In this document: positions 33,575-46,812 of the stretch, one piece after another
Numbering within the stretch: position 1 is the stretch's first letter
Layout of the letters: each line of letters opens with the position of its first letter
DNA from: Octopus sinensis
Lineage: Eukaryota
Direction of reading: 5' to 3'
Assembly (NCBI RefSeq): GCF_006345805.1
Contig: NC_043020.1
Coordinates: forward strand, 7,626,001 to 7,690,000
Length of the DNA: 64,000 nucleotides
Program-made: the position numbers and the translations under genes
Notes under the pieces: model-generated
What the model was told of the DNA's origin: nothing
Databases searched by the model: none
The model's input: only the letters and a program-made list of their open reading frames with translations

Positions 33575-34640
33575 GTAAGTGGAAAAAATGAAGGAAAATA
33601 TAAGGAAAAAATTGGGAAAAGGAACGAAATATTTGATTGAAATTGGTGTGTATGTGTTTGAACTATATATATATTAAGCAATGTATACACACACTGGTGT
33701 GCAATATTATATATACGTACATTTGTACATACACATTGATTTAATCATATATATATATACATATATATAAATATATATAATATATATGTGCATGTGTGTG
33801 TCTATATATATTATATTATATACATATATATATATATATATATGTGCATGTGTGTGTCTATATATATATATATACATATATATATGTGCATGTTGTGTCT
33901 ATATATATATGTATGTATATAATGCATGTGTGTGTCTATATATATGTATATATATGCATGTATGTGTATATATATATATATATACATATATACACATACA
34001 CAATGTATGTACATACATACAGACAGAAACACTCGCGTGTAATTATGTTTGTATATATATATAATTGCATGACAATATATACATGTACATATATTTATAT
34101 GCACACCAATGTGAGTGTATGTATGTATATAACATATATATATATATATCTATATATATATATATATATAGATATATATTATTATATATATATATACATA
34201 TACACAGTATTTGTATATATATATACCACATATAATACATATATATATATATATATACACGCAGACACAATTGTGTTTGTCAGGAAAATCCGATGAGAGG
34301 TTAACGAGATCTTGTTTACGTCGTCTATATATATACATCATCATGTGTTTTGTATAATAATGTATTATATATAATGTATTTATGTCGCAAGTGTACGAGG
34401 CAAAATGTATATATATATATATATATATGATGAATATATAATGTAAAGGAATGTATCCTAATTTGTCGATGTTATTATTTGCTATTTATGATAATAAATT
34501 TGTTTTGCTTCTGTTCCATGGCCATCCACTTTATGTTCAATGTTTCAATCAACATCTCTCCACCACATCTCTATATACCCCTCTCTCTCATCCCATTATA
34601 CACATACATATACATACATTATATACACACACACACACAC

Positions 34641-34671
<31 letters not shown>

Positions 34672-34874
34672 TATATGTATACACATGCACACAGGCGTAT
34701 TTGTGTGTGTATATTTAGCTACCTATGAATGTATTTCTCTCCCATATATACATTATATATATATATGTATTTATATACATATACACATCGCACTCACATG
34801 TTTTCTACGTATTTGTTTGTCTCTCTCTCTCTTTCTCTTTCTATATTTAAATATATTTATATATGTATATATAC

Positions 34875-34985
34875 ACATATCTATTTATCTATCTATCTAT
34901 CTATCTATCTTTCTACCTATCTATCTATCTATCTATCTGTCTATTTGTCTATCTATCTATCTATTTGTCTATCTATCTATCTATC

Positions 34986-35016
<31 letters not shown>

Positions 35017-35108
35017 CTTTCTACCTATCTATCTATCTATCTATCTATCTATTTGTCTATCTATCTATCTATTTGTCTATCTATCTATCTATCTATCTAT
35101 CTATTTTG

Positions 35109-35145
<37 letters not shown>

Positions 35146-35200
35146 TTGTCTATCTATCTATCTCTATCTATCTATCTATCTATCTATCTGTCTGCCTGTC
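34875..35200. repeat. (CTAT)n array
   Basis: Direct reading. Confidence 0.95.
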
Positions 35201-35249
35201 TATTTATATAGCTGTCTGTTTGTTTTATATGTATGTTGTGTGTATATAT

Positions 35250-35291
<42 letters not shown>

Positions 35292-35421
35292 TGTGTGTGT
35301 TTGTGTATGACTGAGAAAAAAGAAAAAAATAGGAAATTGAACTAGGATGCAAACATCCCTTAAAGATTATAGGTCCTTGGCTTGATTAATAAATAAATAA
35401 ATATATATATCTATATATATA

Positions 35422-35459
<38 letters not shown>

Positions 35460-35819
35460 CATACACACACACACCAGTCACTGTTATTGCTTTTCCACTT
35501 ATATATTTATATATAACAAGATTAATGTAAATCTACACACACATACTAAATTCACAGACACGCCTACATCTATCTATCTGTCTGTCTATATATCTCTATT
35601 ATATATACACATACATTGATAGAGATACGCCTTAACCCACATTTAAAGTGTGCAACAATTGCATTTGCAGTTAGTTATATACGCACATTACATCGATGCA
35701 CACGTCGATGTAAACACACTCGTATAAAGCTAAGTGTATATAAATAACAACACTTCGCCTTATTATTATATATCTATTGTCTATTCCGTCTGACACACTA
35801 ATAATTATAAACACACAAC

Positions 35820-36192
35820 ACACATATTTGTGTATGTATGTGTGTGTAAATGTATGCGTGTGTCTATATATGTATATATGTGTGTGTATGTATGTATATA
35901 TATATATATATAATGTGTGTGTGTGTATGTATGTATGTATATATATATGTGTGTGTATGTATGTATGTATATATATGTGTGTGTGTGTGTGTATGTATGT
36001 ATATATATGTGTGTGTGTGTGTGTGTATGTATGTATATATATATATGTGTATGTATGTATGTATATATATATATGTGTATGTATGTATGTATGTATATAT
36101 ATGTGTGTGTGTGTATGTATGTATGTATGTATATATATATATGTGTGTGTGTGTGTGTATGTATGTTATATATATATATGTGTGTATGTATG

Positions 36193-36243
<51 letters not shown>

Positions 36244-36250
36244 ATATATA

Positions 36251-36281
<31 letters not shown>

Positions 36282-36397
36282 ATATATATATGTGTGTGTA
36301 TGTATGTATATATATATATATGTGTGTGTGTGTGTATGTATGTATATATATATATATATGTGTGTGTATGTATGTATCATCATCATCATCATATGTA

Positions 36398-36430
<33 letters not shown>
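35820..36430. repeat. Compound (TA)n(TG)n(TATG)n array
   Basis: Direct reading. Confidence 0.95.
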
Positions 36431-36434
<4 letters not shown>

Positions 36435-36706
36435 TACAGACAAATTTAAAGAATGTGTGTACTTTTTCATCTGTATACACAATAAAACATCCAAGCGTCC
36501 CCACCCCTTCTATATGTATATATATACACATGGTGTGGGTGTGGGTGTGTGTGCATTCTATTATTTTGTGTATATTATTCTATTTTCTGGTTGTTTGGGT
36601 TTCTGTTTACACCGGTGTTATTTCTGTATGGTCCCTGTTTTTTGTTGTCCCTTGTAATTCACCATTTCGATAAATTGGGGGCGATAAAATAGGGTGCCAA
36701 TTGAAA

Positions 36707-37778
36707 TGTGTACGTATGTATTTGTGTATATATATTTACGTGTATCTGTGTGTATATTTACGTGTGTGGGACTGTGTATATGAATGTATTTGTAGGTACA
36801 TGCTTATTTGTATTAAGGCGTATGTATATACGTGTGTATATGTGTGTGTATGTAATATATGTATATTATGTGCCACCCCTTCCTGCGTACGTATGTATTT
36901 GTGTATATATACGTGTATCTGTGTGTATATTTACGTGTGTGTGTGACTGTGTATATGAATGTATTTGTGGGTACATGCTTATTTGTATTAAGGCGTATCT
37001 ATATACGTGTGTATATGTGTGTGTGTGTGTGTAATATATGTATATTATGCTGCCACCCCTTCATGTGTACGTATGTATTTGTGTATATATACGTGTATCT
37101 GTGTATATATTTACGTGTGTGTGACTGTGTATATGAATGTATTTGTGGGTACATGCTTATTTGTATTAAGGCGTATGTATATACGTGTGTATATATGTGT
37201 GTATGTAATATATGTATATTATGTGCCACCCCTTCCTGTGTACGTATGTATTTGTGTATATATACGTGTATCTGTGTGTATATTTACGTGTGTGTGGGAC
37301 TGTGTATATGAATGTATTTGTGGGTACATGCTTATTTGTATTAAGGCGTATGTATATACGTGTGTATATATGTGTGTATGTAATATATGTATATTATGTG
37401 CCACCCCTTCCTGTGTACGTATGTATTTGTGTATATATACGTGCATCTGTGTATATATTTACGTGTGTGGGACTGTGTGTATGAATGTATTTGTGGGTAC
37501 ATGCTTATTTGTATTAAGGCCTATGTATATACGTGTGTATATATGGTGTGTGTGCGTGTATGTAATATATGTATATTATGTGCCACCCCTTCCTGTGTAC
37601 GTATGTATTTGTGTATATATACGTGTATCTGTGTGTATATTTACGTGTGTGGGACTGCGTATATGAATGTATTTGTGGGTACATGCTTATTTGTATTACG
37701 GCGTATGTATATACGTGTGTATATATGTGTGTGTGTGTATGAAATATATGTATATTATGTGCCACCCCATCCTGTGTA
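36707..37778. repeat. Tandem satellite, 6 units of 173-182 bp
   Basis: Anchor GCCACCCC at 36872, 37052, 37225, 37400, 37582, 37761. Confidence 0.95.
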
Positions 37779-38011
37779 GTGCCCTGCTTAATTCTTAGTA
37801 AAGATCAAGAAGATAAATAGTGTGCCTCTAACGAAATTAGATCAGACATGCTGCTGTCTGTGACACACAACAAAGGTGATAATGTTTTATCTCTTTCATA
37901 ATGTCGCTTTTTCTTCAAACTTTCGGATGATCTTCAGCCTTCGGACTTGCACCGGTTGTTTTTTAGCCACTTGGAAAGGATATTAGATAAATAAATAATA
38001 AATCAATATAT

Positions 38012-38061
<50 letters not shown>

Positions 38062-38163
38062 ATATATATATACAATAATATGTTACATTACTCGATAGTC
38101 AAGATAAAACTCTGAGTTTCAGATGCCGGAGTGGAAATCCACAACACCATCTATTTCCCCTAT

Positions 38164-38592
38164 TGGCGATCTTTCGTCTCTAGTAGACCTTTCCGTCGAT
38201 TTCCGTAAATTTTTTTTTTTTTTTATATATGGGCTTGCGGGAACTTTTGAAGTAATATACATACATATACCATACACCGAGTAAAAAAATTTCAGTTATC
38301 TCTTTCTTTCACACATTACTCTGTCTCTTCACACACACTAACAGAAGCACTTCACTTCACTGCACAACATACTGTCTGTCTCCCACACCCCATCAAACAC
38401 ACACACACACACATGTACATCAATGCTTCACATGCACGGTAACTTCAAAAGAACTTCCCTCGTCATAAAATGGCTTTCTCTTAGTTTCTTTCGCTCTCAT
38501 TACTTCAAAAGTTCCCGCAAGCCCATATGTAAAAAAAAAAATTTTTTTTACGGAAATCGACGGAAAGGTCTACTAGAGACGAAAGATCGCCA
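38164..38592. mobile_element. MITE with ~93-bp terminal inverted repeats
   Basis: TGGCGATCTTTCGTCTCTAGTAGACC...GAACTTTTGAAGTAAT mirrored at 38499-38592; TAT on both flanks. Confidence 0.9.
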
Positions 38593-38781
38593 TATATATA
38601 TAACACACCACACACACACACCAGTCACTATTTATTGTTTTTCCTCTCTTTCTCTCTCTGTCTGTCAAATAAAAATACAACAAATGAAATATTCTTAGAT
38701 TCTGAAGGACATAGTAGTTAAAATTGTTCGGTGAGGTTTGTCAAATTAGACATGTTCGCCGTTCGTGGGATGAGGGGGAAT

Positions 38782-38815
38782 ATTGACGTTTCAGGTCTGA
38801 TCCCTTCATCAGACT
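38782..38815 (-). ncRNA. Hammerhead-like motif in a Penelope-like terminus
   Basis: Minus: AGT-CTGATGA-AGG(GATCAGA)CCT-GAAAC-GTC-AAT; canonical core and GUC triplet, weak stem I. Confidence 0.5.
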
Positions 38816-38862
38816 TGTTTCTCTCTATCTTCGTATATGTATATATACGTGTGGATATGTGC

Positions 38863-39271
38863 CTGGCAGAACCGTTAGCACGCTGAGCGAAATGCGTAGC
38901 CGTATTTCGTCTGCCATTACGTCCTGAGTTCGAATTCCGCCGGGGTCGACTTTGCCTTTCATCCTTTCGAGGTCGATAAATAAAGTACCAGTTTCGCACT
39001 GGGGGTCGATGTAATCGACTTAATCCGTTTGTCTGTCCTTGTTTGTCCCCTCTGTGTTTAGCCCCTTGTGGGTAGTAAAGAAATAGGTATTTTGTCTGTC
39101 TTTATGTTCTGAGTTCAAATTCCGCCGAGGTCGACTTTGCCTTTCATCCTTTCGGGGTCGATAAATAAAGTACCAGTTTCGCACTGGGGGGTCGATGTAA
39201 TCGACTTAATCCGTTTGTCTGTCCTTGTTTGTCCCCTCTGTGTTTAGCCCCTTGTGGGCAGTAAAGAAATA
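38863..39271 (+). mobile_element. SINE family B dimer
   Basis: Two units joined by AAAGAAATA|GGTATTT. Confidence 0.9.
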
Positions 39272-39499
39272 TATGTGCATGTGTGTATATGTGTCTCTGT
39301 ACATGTACAAGTCTGATTATCTATATATGTTTATATATATTCTAAAGCGTTTGTATATGTATGTCGACGCGTGTGTGTTTGTATGAAAATGATGGACTCT
39401 CCCGTCGAAGATGGCGTATAGAGTGTTCAGCTTGTTTTTGCCGAACGACCTACACAGATGATTTGTTTATAATGTGCTGTACATTCACTTACACCTTCC

Positions 39500-39675
39500 A
39501 TCAAATCGACGTTGCCTTCATAGGTGCAACAGTGTACCAAGCGTCAGGTGTTGAAGTAATCGCTGAGCAGTGTGATATGAAGTATATTGCTCAAGAACAC
39601 AACACAACACCCGGTCTCTAGGGACTGAAACAACAATATTATGATCATGAGCGCAATACCTAACCATTAGGCCAA

Positions 39676-39677
<2 letters not shown>
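39500..39677 (-). mobile_element. Old tRNA-headed SINE
   Basis: Reverse complement gives GCTTGGCCTAATGGTTAGG...TTCAGTCCC...TTCTTGAGCAA. Confidence 0.6.
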
Positions 39678-39718
<41 letters not shown>

Positions 39719-39787
39719 GTGTATGTATGTATATGTATGTATGTATGTATTATTATATAGATATCTATATATATGTATGTTTGTATG

Positions 39788-39828
<41 letters not shown>

Positions 39829-39850
39829 TGTTTGTATGTATGTTTGTATG

Positions 39851-39890
<40 letters not shown>

Positions 39891-39964
39891 TATGTATATA
39901 TATATGTATACATGCATATATATATATGTATTCATGCATATATATATATACATGCATATATATA

Positions 39965-40362
39965 TAGGTTCTGAGTGGTAGGGAACTTTCTTCCCAACAA
40001 CATGGTTCTAGTTCAGTTCCACTGCCTGGCACCTTCGGCAAGTGTCTTCTATAATAACCTCAGGCTGACCAAAGCTTTGTGAGTGTATTTGGTAGAGGGA
40101 AACTGTAAGAAGCCTGTCGTATATGTAAATGTCTGTGCGTGTTTGTTTGTGTTTGTCTCCCATCACTGCCTGACAGCTGGTGTTGGTTTATTTTTACATC
40201 CTTATAAAATAGCAGTTTAGCAAAAGAGACCGATAGAATAAGTACTAGGCTTAGCAAAAATAAAATATAGTCCTGGCATTGACTTGTTCAACTAAAACCC
40301 TGCAAGGCTGTGCTCCAGCATGACTGCAGTTAAATGATTGAAACAAGTAAAAAAATGAAAGA
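39965..40362 (+). mobile_element. SINE family A, older
   Basis: Family body and tail. Confidence 0.85.
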
Positions 40363-41321
40363 ATAGTATTTATAAAGGGAAACTGAATTAACTTGTCAAC
40401 CTTGTAAAAATTAAAATTAATAAGTTATTCTGCTGATAATATAAATATATATATATGTTATCACACCTAACACTCTATACATATATGTGTATATATTGTC
40501 TATATATATATATATATACATATATATATTCGAAACACGCATTGAGTTGAACCAGGGGCATCTGATGAAGGGGAATTTTCCTTGTATTGTTTGTCCTGTA
40601 CTCTGTTTTTTCATTGTTAAAAAAAGTCCATTTCCTTGTTTGATTTTATGTTTTCGTTTCTCGTTGTGTCCGACGTTTATTTGTGGTGGTCCTGTACTCA
40701 TATATATATATATATATTATATATATATATATATATATATGCATGTATATATACATATATATGTAATATGTACATATATGTATGTATATATGCATATGTT
40801 TTATTTATTTATTATATTGTTATATATATATATATATTTATATTTATATACAAACACACACATATATATGTATATATGCATGTATTTTTACATTTATATA
40901 TGTGTATTTATATATCTTTGTGTATAACTATGCACACGTCTAGTTTTATAAGGACAACTGGTGTTTAGGTTTTCAAATTATATTGAATTGGAACAATCGT
41001 ACTGACAAGTTTACGGATGAAAAAATTACGTAAGCAATTATTAGTAATAGACGAAACCGGTCTATGATTAATTCATGATTTTATATATATTTTCATCTGT
41101 CTTACCCGCTTATGTTCTGGTGTTTGCTGAATTTCTCTAGAGAACATTCTTTTCTTTGTAGTTAGATCGTATGTGATCTTCTTTTAGCATATTGGTTATC
41201 CACCTAGTGGTTATCCCTTAATATATACATACATATATACACACATGCACAAAAACAATCAAATGGACTCAGCTTATTGCTCCTCTGCAAAGTTTGGTGT
41301 ACCAAACTTTATTGTGGCAGC

Positions 41322-41630
41322 CAGTGGCAGACTGGGTCTAAAAATATTATCAGAAGACTAAGGGGGACCACCTGCAACTGCAAGGGGGCCCACCTGTAAC
41401 TACAATGATATCATTTAATTTTTTTGTTTGGTTATAAGTATTCTTTTCAACTGTCTACAAACACAGCCTGGCTGAAATAATCAATGCATTCTTCTAGGAG
41501 TGAATAAAAAATTCTCAAACTTGAGAGGATGGGACCCTTAGATACTACATGGGCCCTCATATATGGATTCTAATGGCGTAGGGGCCCACCTGCCATCCGA
41601 CAAGCTGGCAACCTAGCCAATCTGCCACTG
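41322..41630. mobile_element. hAT-like MITE
   Basis: TIR CAGTGGCAGACT / AATCTGCCACTG; perfect 8-bp TSD GTGGCAGC (41314-41321, 41631-41638). Confidence 0.9.
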
Positions 41631-41699
41631 GTGGCAGCCTTGGTTGGCTTGAATGTTTGCAAAAAGAGGCAGGAGGTATACCCAATTACCTCTCATTGC

Positions 41700-41848
41700 T
41701 ATTGAATGCAGGACCTTGTAGTTGTGAAACATCCTTTAAGGCCCTCATGCTTTCCGAAATCCGTCGAAACTATACCTGATTATATATGCACTTTAGATGA
41801 GTTGTAGTGCACCTGAGCACTGTACACAATGTTTATTATTATTATTTT
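41700..41848 (+). mobile_element. CR1 3' stub, second subfamily
   Basis: Matches the reverse complement of 52440-52560; ends GTGCACCTGAGCACTGTACACAAT(TAT)n. Confidence 0.8.
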
Positions 41849-42799
41849 TAAATGTAATAATTAACCTTAATTAACCTTGAAATGATGACTACGTATGGAC
41901 CTTTGTATAGCTGAAGAGAATTATCAAACGTTAGATAAATGGGTAGATAGTGAGAGAGATATACATATAAATGTTAACATTTGTAAAGGTTGAATATTAA
42001 AAAATGTTAACTATGTGTAGGCATAGCTATGTGGTTAGGAAGCAAGCTTCTCAGTCATGTAGTCTTTGGTTCAGTTCCACTGCTCAGCACCTTGGGCCAG
42101 TGTCTCTGCTATAACCCCAAGTTGATCTAAGCGAGTGGATTTTGTAGATAGAAACTGAAAGAAGCCCATCATATGTGTATGTGTAAATGTATATAGCTCA
42201 TTCTACAGTGTGGTTGATGTTAGGAAGGACATCCAGTCATAAAGACCATGTTAAAACAAACACAGAAGCATGATGCAGCCTCCTGCCTGGTCAGCGCCTG
42301 TCAAACCATCTCATCCATGCCAGCATGGAAGGAGAATGTTAAACGATGATGATCACACACACACACAAACAGGGGAATGCCACAACTAAAACATGAGGTC
42401 TGTGGAAACATACCTAGCAGTGCATTGAAGGATTTATGAATTTCCATCCAAAAGTTCTTTACATTACTATATATCATCATCATCATCATTGTTTAACATC
42501 CACCTTCCATGCTGGCATGGGTTGGATGGTTGGCCAGGCAGAAAACTGCACCAGACTTCTTTGTTTGTTTTGGCATGATGTTTATGGCTGGATGCCCTTC
42601 CTAACACCAACCACCCAGCTGAGTGGACTGAATGTTTTCTATGTAGCACGAGCATAGGCAAGGTCAGTTTTGGCATGGTTTTTACTGCTGGATGCCCTTC
42701 CAAATGCCAACCACTTTACATTGTGGAATGGATGCAAGATCACCAAGTAATTTTGCAGGACAAAGATCCTTTGAGAGGGGAGGGGTCATTAGAGGAGGT

Positions 42800-43005
42800 C
42801 ATATACATGTGACCGCGTGTGTACCGTTGGCAATTTGTTTTCCCCTCTATCTTCCCTTCTCTGGATCTTTCCTTCTATGTTTCCGACGAAGAGCTCCACT
42901 CGAAACATTAAACCCTCCTTCTTTCCTTCTTTCCTGAGCGTCCAATAATATATTTGTTCCATGTCCTCCGTTGTTTGTGTTTTTTTTTGTGCTTTCTTGT
43001 TTGGA
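42800..43005 (+). mobile_element. Penelope-like terminal repeat with hammerhead-like motif (42879-42913)
   Basis: GTTT-CCGACGA-A-GAGC(TCC)ACTC-GAAAC-ATT-AAAC. Confidence 0.7.
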
Positions 43006-43036
43006 TTAACTATATATATATATATGTATATATATG

Positions 43037-43068
<32 letters not shown>

Positions 43069-43389
43069 TTATGTGTGTGTTTGTATTTGTCCCCAACCAC
43101 CACTTAGCAACCAGTGCTGGTTGTTTATGTTCCTATAACTTAGTGGTTTAGCAAAAGAGACTGATAGAATAAATACCAGGCTTAAAAAAATATAGGTACT
43201 GGGGTTGATTTTTTTCAATTGAACCCTTCATGATGTACCCCAGCATGGCTGCTGTCAAATGACTGACACAAAAGATAAAGATAAATACACTGTTAGTGAG
43301 ATAGGTCAGAAGCAATACAGAGGGAGTTGTGGAGGGGAACAAACAGAGTGACATATAAATAAGTAAGTAAAGGGTCAAGACCCCTACCC

Positions 43390-43710
43390 CCAGTCATAAA
43401 TGACCTTGGGATTTACACCTAGAAAGTTCCCTTCTGAGGCACAAAGGTAGGCATGGTTTTATAGAAGACCAGTGGTCACCCATGCATACCAGGCTCCCCT
43501 CTCCTTACCACCGATGTTGTCCAAGGGAAAGGAAAAGGGGCCGATACAGTTTGGCATCAGTGACGTTGCAACTCATTTCTACAGATCAGTGAACTGGAGC
43601 AACGTGAAATAAAGTGTTTTCCTTAAGAACACACACACACAGCCCGGTCCGGGAATTGAACTCGCTACCTCATGATTGTGAGCCCAACGCTCTAACCACT
43701 GAGCCATGTG
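43390..43710 (-). mobile_element. tRNA-derived CORE-like SINE family E
   Basis: Minus: CATGGCTCAGTGGTTAGAGCG...GAGTTCAATTCCCGG...TTCTTAAGGAAAACACTTTATTTCACGTTGCTCCAG. Confidence 0.8.
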
Positions 43711-44559
43711 TAAGTAATGGTTAATTAAAAAATATGTATATGTGGAAGAATCCAAGTTAGACAATAGGTAGTATTATTTTCATTTTTCTGCAGCTTCAAG
43801 AGATACCTCTCTCTCTCTCTCCCCCCTCTCTCTCTCCCTCCCTCTCACTTTCCCCCCTCTCTCTCTATCTCTATCTCTCTCCATTTTATTTTGGCCTGAT
43901 TAACAAAACATGACCATTACCAAGTTTATTGAAGAAATGATAGATATAGGTATGGATGTATGGTTCAGGAACTCTTCAACCACATGGTTTTGGGTTCAGT
44001 CCCACTGTGTGGCTCCTTGAGCAAGTGTCATCTACTATATAGCCCCAGGCTGACTGATGCCTTGTGAATGGATTTGGTAGTCATAAACTGTGTTCTTATC
44101 TTGAAATTGTGTGGTGGTTGTAAATGAGCATTGCTGTTATTCAAACGATGTTTTTTTCTTCCGTGAAAAACACGTCTGACCATGAGGAAATACTAACTCG
44201 CTTGGAAACAGGTGACTTCTGGCAATGGGAGGAGCATTTAGCCATAGAAAATATGCCTCAACAAATTCCGCCTGATCTACCGCAAGCATGGAACAATGGA
44301 CTTTAAGCCACGATGATGAATGATCAAAGAATCGTTATGTAAATACACAAGTCTGTGTATTTATTGACTCGAGAAAGTGGAACTGTTTAGAGATTAAATA
44401 ATTCAGAGATGCTATCTGCAGTGAAAAAGTAATTGGAATGCCTGTGCCAACGTATATGAGAACAGGAAGTGTGTATTACTGTATCTGATAAATATGGAGT
44501 GCTTAAAAACCATGCAGTGAAGATAAAAAGTAGAAAAAATAATTAGTCAATAACGAATT

Positions 44560-45210
44560 CTTTTATTTGTTTCAGTCGTCTGACTGCAGCCATGCTGGAG
44601 CACTGCATTTAGTCGAGCAAATCGACCCCAGGACTTATTCTTTGTAAGCCAAGTACTTATTTTGTCGGTCTCTTTTGCTGAATCCGTTAAGCTGTGGGGA
44701 CATAATCACACCAGCATTGGTTGTCAAGCGATGTTGGGGTGACAAACACAGACACATATACATATATACATACATACACACACACATATATATATAGAAG
44801 GCGGCGAGCTGGCAGAAACGTTAGCACGCCGGGCGAAATGCGTTGCCGTATTTCGTATGCCGTTACGTTCCGAGTTCAAATTCCGTCAAGGTCGACTTTG
44901 CCTTTCATCCTTCCGGGGTCGATAAATTAAGTATCAGTTACACACTGGGGTCGATGTAATCGACTTAATCCGTTTGTCTGTCCTTGTTTGTCTCCTCTGT
45001 GTTTAGCCCCTTGTGGGTAGTAAAGAAATATATATATATATACACATACGACAGGCTTCTTTCAGTTTCCACCGACCAAATCCACTCACAAGGCTTTGGT
45101 CGGCCCAAGGCTATAATAGAAGACACTTATCCAAGGTGTCACACAGTGGGACTGAACCCAGAACCATGTGGTTGGTAAGCAAGTTACTTACCACACAGCC
45201 ACTCCTGTGC
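44560..45210 (-). mobile_element. SINE family A with a family B copy (44797-45030, +) nested in its internal microsatellite
   Basis: A 3' half, (TA)n, complete B copy, (TA)n, A 5' half, all in register. Confidence 0.92.
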
Positions 45211-45504
45211 CTAATATTTAATATTTTTTTCTGGACATGTTTCAATATTATTCTGAGCTCATTAGCAAACATAATTTTCTTGTGTTTGGTGAAACACTGT
45301 TGAATGAGTCAATATTACATGATAGTACGAGCATTATTCTCATATTAGCAGTGTCATTCATTTCCAATGAATGAAAAATCATACCTGGCTAATGGGGAAA
45401 CATTACGTTGTTTGGAAAGAGGTGAAGGTTGGTGACAGGGAGGGCATCCAGCTGTATAAAATCTGCCTCAGTAAACTCCATCTGCCCCATGCAAGCATGG
45501 AAAA

Positions 45505-45677
45505 GTAGATACTATGATGATGAGGATGATGATGATCATCACCACCATGATGATGATCACCATCATCATCATCATCCTTATCATCACCATGATGATGATC
45601 ACCACCACCATCACCATCATCACCATGATGATGATCATTATCATTGCTATCACCACCACCACCATCATCATCATCAA
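45505..45677. repeat. (CAT/CAC/GAT)n trinucleotide array
   Basis: Direct reading; extends from the (GAT)n tail of an old family-C-like copy. Confidence 0.92.
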
Positions 45678-46105
45678 TGTTGACAGCCCTTTTCTGTGCC
45701 GCAAATATTCTTGAATGCTAGCTATTATCAATTCATAGTTGATAAGATTGCTTTTAAGTTTGTTACTTAATCTGTGGCTGTCAGTTTGTTTGGGTATCAA
45801 ATTTTTGATTGATAGTTCATTTAGGTTTAAGACACCAATAAACCATTAGCTTGCAAAATGATTTAAATTAATAAACTATTTACTGATAGAAGTTCATTTT
45901 ATACATACACCACACCTCTTACATATGCTTACATTCATATTCTTTTATTCATTTATTCTATTATTCTTTTACTCGTTCCAATCATTGAGCTGGAGCCATG
46001 CTGGAGCTTAGTCAAACAAATTCATTTCAGTACTTATCCTTTTGAGACTTATTCTATTAGTTTTCTTTTGCTGAACCGATAAATTAAAAAAGCATAACTG
46101 TAAAC

Positions 46106-46276
46106 CAGGAGTCTCCAAAGTGGTCGATATCGACCCCTGGTGGGGTTGAAGGGACTATTCAAGGGATCGATAAATGCACATCTATTTAGTATTATTATTT
46201 ATTTTCTTGCACATGCCTGGGGGTCGATGAGGGGTCATGGATTCCATGAAGGGTCTAAAACGTTTGGGGATCCCTG
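46106..46276. mobile_element. Decayed hAT-like MITE
   Basis: CAGGAGTCTCCAAA / TTTGGGGATCCCTG; TSD not preserved. Confidence 0.6.
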
Positions 46277-46320
46277 CTGGTTGACTTGCCAACCAGTCTA
46301 GGGACAAGCACAAAGACATA

Positions 46321-46535
46321 CAAAGGGGTGCTGAGAAGTTCCTGGTTTTGAGTAAAAGAAAATTCAGGAGGATCACTTAATTATGATTTTATTCAACATT
46401 ATACCCTATCAGACTCCACACTTATTGTTGTGGTTCCTTCAGTTTTCCTAAGTGCTGTAAAAGAACTCAGATGGTGAGGCCTCCACCAGGCCTTTCGCGA
46501 TCCTCATAAATCCAGGAACTTTCAGCACCCCCTTG
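46321..46535. mobile_element. Mariner-type MITE
   Basis: TA|CAAAGGGGTGCTGAGAAGTTCCTGG ... CCAGGAACTTTCAGCACCCCCTTG|TA. Confidence 0.9.
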
Positions 46536-46604
46536 TATATATACATGTGCACACATACACAGTCCAACATATATATGCCAACATGGAAGATACATGTTCT
46601 TTTC

Positions 46605-46812
46605 TACTCTAGGCACAAGGCCTGAAAGTTTTGGGGAGGGGCCAGTCGATTAGATTGACTCCAGTACACAACTGGTATTTAATTTGTCAATCCTGAAAGG
46701 ATGAAAGGCAAAGTCAACCTCGGAAGAATTTGAACTCAGAATGTAAAGACAGATGAAATACTGCTAAGCACTTTGCCCAGTGTGCTAACGTTTCTGCCAG
46801 CTCACCGCCTTA
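46605..46812 (-). mobile_element. SINE B' (another copy at 48585-48778)
   Basis: GAAAGGATGAAAGGCAAAGTCAACCTCGG...GCTAACGTTTCTGCCAGCTCACCGCC. Confidence 0.85.

Noticed and set aside
35688-35713. 9-bp inverted repeat TTACATCGA/TCGATGTAA
   Set aside because: Short enough to occur by chance in 64 kb; no supporting context.
36707-37778. CRISPR-like reading of the regularly spaced anchors
   Set aside because: Whole units are repeated, there are no unique spacers or cas genes, and the DNA is eukaryotic.
25635-37779. Long ORFs such as 35777-36673, 34451-35290, 27353-28040 (YI/CV/HT/MYVC repeats)
   Set aside because: Translations of stop-free (TA)n, (TG)n, (TATG)n and (CTAT)n microsatellites; no coding signal.
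37920-37975. DDLQPSDLHRLF resembling the mariner DLAPSDYHLF motif
   Set aside because: Only ~10 residues, with no flanking transposase similarity or TIRs.
40555-40590. CTGATGAAGGGG as a ninth hammerhead
   Set aside because: GAAA and stem III are missing; at best a deleted PLE terminus.
45429-45800. Poly-His/Asp ORF resembling a metal-binding protein
   Set aside because: Trinucleotide expansion from a (GAT)n retroelement tail; no start context or splice signals.
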